A stretch of DNA of 64,000 nt from Paraspadella gotoi (Eukaryota > Animalia > Chaetognatha): contig CM119269.1 in the NCBI GenBank assembly GCA_051294375.1, positions 18,402,471-18,466,470 on the forward strand, written 5' to 3'. Shown one piece after another: positions 27,502 to 39,200 of this stretch (the stretch's first letter is position 1; each line of letters starts with the position of its first letter). The notes beneath the pieces are model-generated. The model made no database searches. It had not been told where the DNA came from and saw only the letters and a list, made by a program, of their open reading frames with translations. The position numbers and the translations under genes are program-made.

Positions 27502-30032
27502 GAGAGAGGAGAGAGGAGAAGAGAAGAGAGACNNNNNNNNNNNNNNNNNNNNNNNNNGATGCAAATGAGACTAGAGAATTTTTTCTATTTGACAATCGGA
27601 CGACGCCTCTTTTCGCCGTTTTGGGCCAAACAGTGGCGCCGCCAAATTGCGGAAGTAAAACGCCCGGAAGAAACAAAACAAAACAACAAGCAGTAATATT
27701 CTTTTTTGGGGGGGTAAAAAATAAAACCAACGACGTTCGACGAATCGCTTTTGGGAAAATACAATTGATCAATTTTTTTTTTTTCAAAAGCAATTTTCGT
27801 TGAAAATGAAAAAAAAAAGCTTTGTCAGCAAAAGTAGAAGCGCATCAATTTTTCGGATTAAATTTTCAGCGACTATCTTTACTTATATTTATTTTAGAAG
27901 AGGAATAGGTTTACTGATAATTGAAAATATTCTCTCTTTTTTCTTTTCATTTATTTAGCTTTCCTCCTTTGTTCACCCCCCAAAAAAACAGAAGAAGATA
28001 CATAGATTCTCGGTCTTTTTTTAGAAAAAAAGGATTATCGTTAGAGTCGTCTCTGTCGTCGTCACTGTCGTCGTCTCTGTCGTCGTCTCTGTCGTCGTCG
28101 TCCTCCTCTTCCTTTATCGTCTTTTCGTCGTTTCCTTTCGATACCGTCGTCGTTATCGTCGTCGTCGTCGTCGTCATCAACGTCGTCGACCCCGCGTCGT
28201 CGACGCCGATATTTCTTGTCAGCGAATCTCTGATGGAATCGTCGTCTTCGTCGTCGTCGTCGTCGTCCTCATAGAATCTCCTGATTGGAATCTGAGAGAA
28301 AGTTCTTTCCCAAAGTTCATCTCACTGTCATCTGAAAACTAGGATCCGAGTCCCTTTGATATCGGTCGCTCGTGCCACCCCAATTGACCATGTTAGTTCA
28401 TTTGCCATTGACAAGGATTTCATTACCCCCTTCCTTGGGCTTGCATTGTCTAACCCCCAAGACATACCAATTCTAATCCTTTGTCCATGGCGCTCGTAGC
28501 ATACATCTCCCCATCAACCGTCTCGCCTGTTTTTCTAGTCATTTTCCCTCACCCATGCAATTATTTTTGCCTCGACTCTGCCAAGTTCCATCCATTTTCT
28601 GCTGACACTCTCGCCCTGCTGCCAGGTACACTCCTGCACTCCTACGCCCACGCACCCTTCCCCTAAATCAGTTCAATTCCTTCTTGCTCAATATTTCATC
28701 CCGGGCCTCTGCTTCTCCTTCACGCTGAACCCATTTCTGAACCTTCGCCCTAACTTCACCTTCATCTCGTGAGTCTACAAACCAAAGATACCTTTTCCTT
28801 TATTCCAACAGACAGAGGCTCATCCTCTTTCCAAGGGTTTTTTCTTAGTGCATTAGAGAAAAATACATTAAAATAAAATAAAAATAGAGAGTGCAGAAAA
28901 TATTCAAATTTACCTATTATGTTAATTTTGGAGTAGAAAACCCTAGAAATTCAGCGAAGTGAATAAAAAGATAAGTAACAATATATAAGTAACAATATAA
29001 GTATCAAGTTTGGGAGTAGGGACTAAGATTGAGAACAAAGATCCCACAATCTCCTCATATCGACTGTACTCTTTTTTTTTCGCACAAAAATCCCAATTCC
29101 AGCCTCATATTTTCCTCTCAAGATTTACAAGGTTTCGGTCTCGAGATGTCGCGACTTATTCCTTTCGGCTCGAGCCACTTTGAGTTTCGAGACGTAAACA
29201 AAAGACTCTCGACGCCTCCTTGTATCAAATGCACACAAATCGATATTAGGCTTAAATAAATGATATTTTTCTCCGGGTTTTTGGGGTCGTCGATCAAAGG
29301 TTGAGACAGGGAGAGACGTCGTCGTCGTCATCGTTGTTGTTGTTGTTGTAGTTTTCGTTGTTGTTATCGTCGTTCGTTGTCGCTAGACTGAGTCGCAGTA
29401 GTTTTTTCTCATCGTTAGACTTAAATATTGTATTTTGTATTTTAAGTGATTTTTATATCTAAAGGTATTCCTGCCAATTTAATAATATTTTGTATTTTAC
29501 AATACTATTGTCAATTATTTATCCAGCGACACTCTCAGACAAACCTTTTTTTATTCCTTTTGTTATGCGCGGAGAGAACTCAGCCGATACGGGCGCGTTG
29601 CCCCTTGGCGCGCAACTTCGCGCCGAGACACATCCCGTCACACCTTGTCACGCTTTCACACGTTATATCTCGCACCATCACGTTTTTTTTTCACGCCATA
29701 AAACGCTGCGTCACTCTTTGACACGTCATAAAAGGCCACTGGCTCTATGACGCTTCACAACACGACATGTGAAGCCAGGAGCGACGGGTTTTGTTACCGG
29801 CACAAATTCGCGTGGGCTTTTTATGCCGAAACTGAAGGACGGATGTTTTGAAAGCCGCGGTCGCTGTCGTCGTCGTCGTCGTCGTCGTCGTCATTCGGCT
29901 AAAGCATCAGTAGTGACTTAATAAGAAGTGAACCGGCGGAAAAAAAAATAATATAATTAATATATATTTTTAATCAATTTATAGTTAATATTATTATTAT
30001 TATTATTAATATGTGATTGTTTTTTTATTCAG

Positions 30033-30196
30033 GCCGAGACCCAAATTGCCACTAGAAGAAGAAGTCGAGAGGAAACAGATTTTCGAGGAAGAAAACGAGG
30101 ATGACAACAACAACAACAACAAGAATCACGCCGCGGTGAACGAAGCGGCGTCGCCCGTTGATTCTCTGTTGGGAGATTCGGCTGTCAACAGCAACA
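30033..30196 (+). CDS. PLXDC: PLXDC exon 2 (PRPKLPLEEEVERKQIFEEE...DSAVNSN), acidic linker
   Basis: TTTTATTCAG acceptor, A|GTGAGT donor, open frame, phase 2 in and phase 1 out, matching both neighbours. Noisy inverted copy at ~24519-24690. Confidence 0.75.
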
Positions 30197-30760
30197 GTGA
30201 GTCCCGTCTGGTTTAGTGTGTTTTTCTTATTTATGTTACTTATTCGTTTCATTCTTTTATTTTCATTTGTTTGTTTGTTTTTTTTTAACTATTTCGCTTT
30301 CCGCATCGTTGTTTAACGTTTAGTTTGTTTTCATTCGTCTGTTTGTTTTCATTCGTCTGTTTTGTATGGTAGTTTTAAAAGTTTATATAAAAGCGTATAA
30401 AGTCTGTATCGTGTTGGAAATCTCCTTGGAAAACGAATCCAGGACGAAGCTTTTTGCGTAGAGTAGAGTAGCGAGGCCGAGTTAACTCGATAAGGCTTGA
30501 AATTTGTTTACCTGAGCTGCAAACCGAAAACTCATTTAGAATTCACGTTTTTTATTTGTTTTTTGTTTGTTTGTTTTTTGTTTTTTGTTTTTTTGTTTCT
30601 ATTTCTTTTTGTATTTTTATCGGGTTTTCTTTTCTTTCATTCGTTCCATTTCCTCTAAGTTTTTTGTAAATTTCTTGTATCGATTTTTTTTTCCCCTTGA
30701 AATATGTTTCCATTTTTTTCCTTAATTCTTTAACGCAACCTTTTGTTTCCGTTTTCACAG

Positions 30761-30889
30761 TGAGCGGCGACGCTAACGCCACTAGCGGCGGAAACGAAAC
30801 AGTCGTCATAGACAAACACGATTATTACAAAACGCGCGTCATTCGAGCTCCGCTCTCCGCCGGTTACTGGGTCGATTTGGATAACTACG
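30761..30889 (+). CDS. PLXDC: PLXDC exon 3 (SGDANATSGGNETVVIDKHDYYKTRVIRAPLSAGYWVDLDNY)
   Basis: TTTTCACAG acceptor, G|GTGAGG donor. DKHDYYKTR...WVDLD resembles vertebrate PLXDC2 DTDHNYYISR...LWVNID. Noisy inverted copy at ~23807-23940. Confidence 0.88.
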
Positions 30890-31180
30890 GTGAGGATCGA
30901 AAATTAAACATTTCTCTACTTTATCGTTCATTCATGCATCAAAAATGTATTCATTCATTCATTGCGCTCAGCCGACCCAAGACCCACTTAGGACCGATTG
31001 TTTTGTTTTGATGTTTCTTTGTTTTCTTTACGATTGCAGCGAAAATTGTTACTTTCTTCGTGAAGCATTTGTTTATGCGGACCCCCCTATTCCTCTCATT
31101 CCCTTTCCTCTTCCCTACGCAATCACTTTTTCTCTTTATCTTGATCCACCCTTCACCATGACCCCACTCCTGTGCGTCAG

Positions 31181-31286
31181 AGTTCGAAGGAAGAGTCAAG
31201 ACTCACACTCTCTTGTCCAATTCTCACCGACGCGCCGCGACGCTTCAGCTCTCCTTCGACTTTCGTTTCTACGGACACAAAATCAG
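31181..31286 (+). CDS. PLXDC: PLXDC exon 4 (EFEGRVKTHTLLSNSHRRAATLQLSFDFRFYGHKIR), NIDO-like domain
   Basis: AG/GT bounded, phase 1 in and 2 out. Matches the PLXDC motif [22 protein letters not shown]. Noisy inverted copy at ~23391-23506. Confidence 0.93.
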
Positions 31287-33676
31287 GTGGGGAAAAAATC
31301 GGTTTCTTGAGAAACAAAACGAGCGAAACGAAACAAAACAAACAAAACCAAACGAAACTGACCGAATTGAAATGGTAGTCACTAGCCAGTCGTTTATCTT
31401 TTCTAACCATAGAAAAAATATAGCGACATAATCTCTCAATTTTTAGATTCCAGGAGCAAGTCAAAGTTAAAAGGGCTTTTTGTCTTCCCATAATAAATTT
31501 CTTTTTCAACTTTCTATTGACATTTTTTCCATAAGAATAAAAAGGGCTAGGAAAAAAAAAAGCTTTTATTGACATCGCAATGCTACAATCCCAAAGCTTT
31601 TTTTTTTTCCCAAAGCCAAGACTTGCCCCTTTTCGCTTACCATTTCCGTTACCAAGCAACGCAACGACGCCGGAAGAAAAATGCGTTAACGTCGGAAATG
31701 ACGTCGAATATGACGGAGAATGTGACGTTTATCGTCGATGACGCGGAAAAATCGTCGTCGCCGCGGAAAAAAAAAAGGGCGGAGACGCCGAAAGACGAAA
31801 GGCGAGAGAGGGCGTGACGTTTAGTGACGCCCACGTGAAAAGGCCGCGACGTTTATTGACGCGTGGCGCCGTAGCTCGTGACGGTTAGAAGGCGCGGCAG
31901 TTATCGTCACGGGCTGTTATATCGGTGGCGGGATTTTTTTCTTCACGTCAGACATCTGATTTTTAGTCAGGCCGAGGGTTAATTGATATCTAAATGGAGA
32001 ATACGCCTTCGAATAAAAACAAAAACAAAAACCTCAGGCGTATGCCCTAATCTATCTTTGAATTCTGCTTTTAATCAAATTGTTTTCTCATTATAATAAG
32101 ACGATCCTACATCTTTCAAGAGAGAAAAATGAATTCGCAAATATTTCAGTCTTTTCCCGCCCCGATTTCATGAGGCTTACCACTTTTCTATTTTTTTCCT
32201 CATTCGCATAACCCTTAACCCTTATATTTTTAACCCTATTTTAATGAATATTTTTTTTCTTTTCTCTTTACTTTCCTTTTTTTTTTCTTATCTCCCATTC
32301 CTCCTTTCCTCCAGTTAATATATATCATATGCCTTTCTTTCCTATTTTTTCATCGGCCTTTCTACTTGAGTCCCTTTTCCGGGAAGCCAGCAGGACATTC
32401 CAACAGGCGCCCACCCAGTCATGCCGCGGCGAAGGGTGCCCTGTTTCATCGTGGAGCCATCTCCCCATATTTCCTGTTCTTCGCCTCTTGAAAAGCCTTA
32501 AGGTCTCAACCAATCAGTCAGGACCGCAGAAATCCGCCAGTCACTCAACTTCAGCCAACCAAAACGCGCTCCGAAAACTTTCATCGCATCATAAATGCAA
32601 TTCTATATTTGGTGAATTGACGCATTGATACGACATCCGATCAGGTTCGATGCAATCCTCAGTCATATAAGACGGCAAGCTGGGTACGAAGCAGTTTAGC
32701 CTGTGGATAAGGCGCTAAGTGGGCTGAAGAATACTATCACTAACATCTTTGCCAATCCTCGCCAGCAACAGAACGGGTCCTTGGCTTGAAACCAGTCAAG
32801 TACAACCATGTCATACGCTGCAGTAGGAGTTTTAAACTCTACTGATAATTTGTGAAGCGTCCATCAACCCTTATTCTAAAAATACGGCCGCATCAAAAAG
32901 CGGTTCATTCATTTTCGCTACTAGCAATTCTAATCGGCCTGCGGCGCCATCTCATCAGCGCCACGTCCACCGATTTCCTCTCGTGGCGCCGAGCGAACCT
33001 TTCAGCAGTTGTTTCGCAACGTGAATTTTTTTTTATTTCCGTTCAGAAGGAATTGAAAAAAAAAAAAAAAAACCGGAATTAGAAGCCGATTGGAAAAGGA
33101 TTGGGAGGCGGGAGGAAATCGGATTTGGAAACACGGATCAAGTACTTGCGAGGATGCGGATACCAGAACTATTATCATCAAAATTTTGTTCTATGTTGTA
33201 TAGTAAATAATAAATAAATAACCAACGTGTGACAATTTTATCATAAAAAATGATACTAACAAACAAAAATAATTTTGCTTTACAAAGATGCATGGCCGTA
33301 TCTCAATTCGTTTCTTGATTTAATTTTTTATTATTCATTCTGCCATTTACTATTTTATTTATTAATCAATTTTTATTTATTATATTTATTTTAAAGGTAT
33401 GTAGCGAATAATTTGTGGTTCATTTCAAATTGAGATTGAGTTCTTCAAATTGAAGTTCAATCTCATTTACATATTGTAGCAATTTTAGACCATTTTTAAT
33501 ATCTTTGTGGTACGGTTTCATAATAGTCTTATTCTACGGTTTCATTCATTGAATCACGGATGGATTGATTCGTTTTATTCATTTAATCATTCATTGATAA
33601 ATTTATTTATTTATTTGTTTACAATTTATATAATTATCTTTCGTTAGATCTCAATGATACTCGATCATTCATCATA

Positions 33677-33746
<70 letters not shown>
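33677..33746 (+). repeat. (ATC)n microsatellite next to the exon 6 donor
   Basis: Perfect trinucleotide run; degraded in the other copies. Confidence 0.9.
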
Positions 33747-33760
33747 TTCGAATGCCTGAC

Positions 33761-34018
33761 CTGACTGTGGCACGGTCTTTGGTAGGCGAAGATGATGTTC
33801 CCCCCCTTTGACGCAGGGTGACTTGAAAGTTGAAAGGCTTTTGAAATCGGGAAGGCTTTTCTCGGAGTCTCTCGTCATCTTCCCGTTTTCGGGGAGAGAC
33901 GCTGGGAGGAAGGGCGGAGGGAGCGGGGGAGGAGGGGAGGAAAGAGGAGGAGGAGAAGAGGCGTTGACGCTGGGTTCGGTGGGCGAGTCCTTCGGAGTTT
34001 TTCCTCCTGCGAACGAAC
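33761..34018 (-). CDS. PLXDC: PLXDC exon 6 (VRLQ-[Ser/Pro-rich insert]-PFTFQVTLRKGGNIIFAYKDVPQS)
   Basis: A consensus of three copies gives an open frame whose end matches PLXDC SFTFQATL..DGRIIFGYKEIP. Phase 0 in and phase 1 out fit exons 5 and 7. Confidence 0.85.
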
Positions 34019-34153
34019 CTGGTAATTAGGGGAGGTGGGAAAAGGGGGAGAAAGAGAAAGTGTCAGGGAGTGTTGGGTGAGAAGAAAAGTTGGAAGAGAA
34101 GAGGATGAGAAAGGAGAGGAGGTGAAAAGATAGAAGAGAGATAGGAAAGAGAG

Positions 34154-34191
<38 letters not shown>

Positions 34192-34318
34192 GAGAAAATC
34201 GAGGAATGAGAAAAGTGGAGGAAAGAGAAACGTGAGAAGGAAAAAAAATGAGAATAAAATTTGCATCGAGATGGAATCTGTTTTGGTAGCCAGAGAGAGA
34301 GAGAGAGAAGAGGAGAGA

Positions 34319-34368
<50 letters not shown>

Positions 34369-34505
34369 AGAGGTAAAAAACAAGAGAAGATTAACTTTGG
34401 GGAAAAACAAAAAGAACCAAATGCAAAACAACGAAAATTAAACGAGAAAAAATAAAAAGAGCGAAACAGAATTGAAAAAAAAATGAGGGATCTTCCATTC
34501 ATTCT

Positions 34506-34588
<83 letters not shown>

Positions 34589-36049
34589 CTTCTCCTCTCT
34601 CTCTCTCCTTCTTTTTCTCTTTGTCTTTCAACAGATTAACCGGGACATTCACCTCCTGCTTTTCTCGTTGTGTTTTTAGTTTCGTCGCGAGTACTCGTGG
34701 AGCATTCTATAAGGTTTCTGTGGGTCGGGGTATATCTGTATGTTTATATCATAGTCCATAGGTCTTATTCAACTTACGTTTAAAATGCATATCATTTGTT
34801 AGACAGAAAAAGCTCAATCTAAGAGACTGCTAGCGCGCCTTCAGGAAACCTAAAACTATAAAAAGTAAAAGACGTAATTCCGAATGAAGTACGTGCTCAC
34901 AACAATACACAGGCCTTCAAGAAAGCCATTGTAGTCATGTAGATATGTCTATGTCGCGTCATATCATGTCATGTCACGAAAAAATACACGTTAAAACTAA
35001 AAGTCATTGCGGCGCACAACAACATGGATAAACCAATCTTGTTATTTCTTCTTCGTTTTTTCTTGTATTCTTTATCCTCTTTTTACCCTTTTCCTCCCAT
35101 TCCCTCTCTTTTTCCCTTCCTTTCCTCCTTTCTACTCCCCTCTTCTTCTCCCTTTTCTCATCTCCTCCCAAAGGAAAAGCGATTTTCTACCATGAAAATG
35201 GTGAAATGATTTTTTCGCGAAAACAAAAAAAAAAAAAAAAGAAAAAAAGAAAAAAAAAGTGAAAAATCAAAATTTGAGAAGTTATGAGACGGATCGGTTT
35301 AAACAGGCGCGCTCGGCGTCGTGGGTCCCAGGCGAATGGCAGGCACTTAAAACAACGGCGGGGAAGAACGGCGCGGAAACTCGATATCGCCGCAACGGAA
35401 ATGGGGACGATTAAGACGAGGCCGATGGCATGGAATAGATGCATCGGCCTCTGTATATATCTCGTGGAAAGGTACGACAAAGTGGGGTCTCTCGATCTCA
35501 TAATCTCGGCGGGCGGTCGGATTTTACCGGCGGCGCGCTCTTTTTGCGCCATCGGGAAAGCGTTGCTTCCTCGTGCCGTTTACCAAATTACCAGTCGTCA
35601 GCGAATATGAAAAGAACGAATCCCGTTTTTTAAGATGACGCAGATTTTTTTTTGATTGACTTGACCAATGACGACGTCGTAGATGATGACGAGCACATTT
35701 TCTGTTGATGTGGAACGATGAAGGAAGGAAGGAAGGAAGGAAGGATTGAACGAACGAACGAAACGATGACGAAACGAAGAGATTGAACGAACGAACGAAT
35801 TAATTTACCAATGATTGTAAAAATTAGAATAGAATTTGAAACAAAATAAAAGAAAATTTACAAAGATACCAATGAAGAGAACTACACAACCACCCAAAAC
35901 AAAACGACGAAAAGAACAACAAATAAAAAGAACAGCTTGTTCTCTAAATGTTATCTTTTATTAAAAAAAAACCTTTGCCATCCGTCGCGTATGAAATAAA
36001 AAGTAACAACAATGTAAGAACAGCAGCCAACTAGAGAAGAGTAACTCAC

Positions 36050-36228
36050 GTCTCGCCACTCGACGGTGAAATGCGGTCCCGTTGTCGAAATTATCGAATG
36101 AGCGCGTCGGGACTTTGGCTCGTGTCGAAGTTGGCCATCAGAGGCGCGATTGTACTGCGTCGCTGCCAACCAGTTGTGAAGGAAGGTCCCCTGTGTAGAG
36201 GAAACCACCCGTCGCTATGGTGATGTTC
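36050..36228 (-). CDS. PLXDC: PLXDC exon 5 ([58 protein letters not shown] after indel correction)
   Basis: TTTCCCCAG acceptor and GTGAGT donor on the minus strand. Contains the hallmark ATGGF.YTG and [12 protein letters not shown] motifs; a few single-base indels. Confidence 0.93.
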
Positions 36229-39200
36229 CTGGGGAAATAAAATGGAGGGTGGAGAGTTTGGTGAAGAGCGGTGAAGAGAGGTAAGAGAGAGAAGAGTGAG
36301 AGGAGAGAGAGAGAGAGAGAAGAGACAGACAGACAAACAAATGGTAGAGAGAAAGAGAGTGTGTAAAAGAGATAGACATAGAGACAAAGCGGCAAAAGAC
36401 AAAGAATGTGAGAGATCTAAAAAAACATCCTCAGACAGAGAGCGAGATAAACGGGAATCTGGCCATCGCTCGTCAAAGAGACTCCTGGGGGCGACGGTGA
36501 TAGACGCGGGTCGACCTTTTTCGGCAGGGGGGTTTGGGAAGTGGCGAGGTGGTTGGGGTGGTGGGTGATTGACGGGAGTGGCGTGACATGGAGGGAGATG
36601 GGGCGGAAGAAGAGGCGGGGGCGGGCGGCTGAGGGGGTCGTGGAATCGCCAGGGTGCGAAGTTTAGAGGGTAAGGATCGTGGAAAATTGTCCAAAGGTCA
36701 GGAAAAACGTGGCGAAAATCCCTGATCCTCGGCGGCGGCGGCGGCCGGCGGCGGCCGGCGGCGGCGGCGGTGGTGGTGGATTCGGGTGAGGGTTGGGAAT
36801 GGGGAGGGCAGTTTAGAAAATAAAGAGCAGATAGAGAAAGGATACGAAAAAGCGAAGAAAGGAAAATACATTTTGTCAATACTCACNNNNNNNNNNNNNN
36901 NNNNNNNNNNNGAGGAGCAACGCTTTCCCGATGGCGAAAAGAGCGGCGCGCCGTAAAATCCGACGCCCGCCGAATTATGAGATCGAGAGACCCCACTTTG
37001 TCGTACCTTTCCACGAGATATATACAGAGGCCGATGCCATTATTCCATGCCATCGGCCCATCGTCTTAATCGTCCCCCATTTTCCGTTGCGGCGATATCG
37101 AGTTTCCGCGCCGTTCTTCCCCGCCGTTGTTTTAAGTGCCTGCCATTCGCCTGGGACCACGACGCCGAGCGCCTGTTTAAACCCGATCCGTCTCATAACT
37201 TCTCAATTTGATTTTTCACTTTTTTTTTCTTTTTTNNNNNNNNNNNNNNNNNNNNNNNNNNNNNNNNNNNNNNNNNNNNNNNNNNNNNNNNNNNNNNNNN
37301 NNNNNNNNNNNNNNNNNNNNNNNNNNNNNNNNNNNNNNNNNNNNNNNNNNTTTCGCGAAAAAATCCATTTCACCATTTTCATGTAGAAAATCGCTTTTCC
37401 TTTGGGAGGAGATTGAGAAAAGGGAGGAAGAAGAGGGGAGTAGAAAGGGAGGAAAGGAAGGGAGAAAAGAGAGGGAAATGGGAGGAAAAGGGTAAAAAAG
37501 AGGATAAAGAATACAAGAAAAAACGAAGAAGAAATAAACAAGATTGGTTTATCCNNNNNNNNNNNNNNNNNNNNNNNNNNNNNNNNNNNNNNNNNNNNNN
37601 NNNNNNNNNNNNNNNNNNNNNNNNNNNNNNNNNNNNNNNNNNNNNNNNNNNNNNNNNNNNNNNNNNNNNNNNNNNNNNNNNNNNNNNNNNNNNNNNNNNN
37701 NNNNNNNNNNNNNNNNNNNNNNNNNNNNNNNNNGTTGCGCCGCAATGACTTTATTTTAACGTGTATTTTTCGTGACATGACATGATATGACGCGACATGA
37801 CATATCTACATGACTACAATGGCTTTCTTAGCCTGTGTATTTGTGACACGTACTTCATCGGAATTACGTCTTTTACTTTTTATNNNNNNNNNNNNNNNNN
37901 NNNNNNNNNNNNNNNNNNNNNNNNNNNNNNNNNNNNNNNNNNNNNNNNNNNNNNNNNNNNNNNNNNNNNNNNNNNNNNNNNNNNNNNNNNNNNNNNNNNN
38001 NNNNNNNNNNNNNNNNNNNNNNNNNNNNNNNNNNNNNNNNNNNNNNNNNNNNNNNNNNNNNNNNNNNNNNNNATGATGATGATGATGATGATGATGATGA
38101 TTCGAGTATCGACATTGGAAAATCTAACGAACGATAATTATATAAATTGTAAACAAATAAATAAATAAATTTAAATTGACGTTCAATCTCATTTACATAT
38201 GTGTAGCAATTTAGACCATTTTAAATCTTTTGGTACGGTGTTCATAATAGTCTTATTCTACGGGTTATTCATTGAATACACGGATGATGATTCGTTATTC
38301 ATTTAACGATTCTCATGATAAATCATTATTTATTTATTTGTTTACAATTTATATAATTATCTCTTCGTTAAGATTTCCAATCGGATACTACATACATCAT
38401 CATCCATCACTCCATCATCATCATCAAATCATCATCATCATCATCATCAGCATCATCATCATCATTCATCATCATCATCATCATCTCTCCTCGGAATAGC
38501 TGACCTACTGTGGCACGTCTTGTTAGGCGAAGATATTCCCCCCTTTGACCAGGTGACTTGCGGAAGAGTGAAAGGCTTTTGAAATCGGGGAAGGCTTCTC
38601 GGAGTTCCTCGTCATCTTCCTCGTTTTCGGGGGAGACGCTGGGAGGAAGGGCGGAGGAGGCGGGGAGGAGGTGGGAGAAGAGGAGGTAGGGAAGAAAGAG
38701 GCGTTGACGCTTGGTTCGGGTGGGCGAGTCTCTCGCGAGTTTTTCCTCCTGCAGACGAACCTATTATGGAGTCGAACAGTGGGGAAATGAGATCAGACCT
38801 CGGAAAATGGAACGTGACTTCGGTTCCGGATACCCGAATCTGCGAAAAAACAGCTGAGTACGTAACGAGATGGAAATAAGTAGCCCTTCCGTTAAGTTGA
38901 TCGGAGACGGAGTCCCCCCTCGCCCTTTCCCCCCAGACCGTTAACAAACCAACTGAATTCACGGTCCCCCGTCTCAGTGCTAAATCTCTGATGGATTCCA
39001 CGAGGCACGGAGTCAGTTGCAGGTAATAAAAATTAGTTAATGACGATTAATTCAAAACGGAGCGTATGAATTTACACTACTAGATGTATAATAAGTCGTC
39101 TATAAAAAGTTTCGATATTTCTATTTTAATTTCATGATATTTAAGTCAATGAACTTACTACTATATATGGATTATAATGTTTGAAGGGAAGTATTTTGAA

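Larger units (their letters stand above)
22278..32366. repeat. Large inverted repeat, arms ~22278-27228 and ~27560-32366, around a 25-N gap
   Basis: For example, ORF 26093-26278(-) is identical to 28481-28666(+). Confidence 0.93.
32371..36886 (+). repeat. Direct noisy copy of ~17623-22278; further partial copies at 36912-38170(-), 38170-38762(+), 41133-42120(-), 45545-46295(-)
   Basis: Collinear sequence match differing almost only by indels. Confidence 0.92.

Noticed and set aside
17623-38762. Tandem or inverted PLXDC paralogues or pseudogenes
   Set aside because: Copies differ by random indels in exons and introns alike rather than by synonymous substitutions, and consensus restores the frame.
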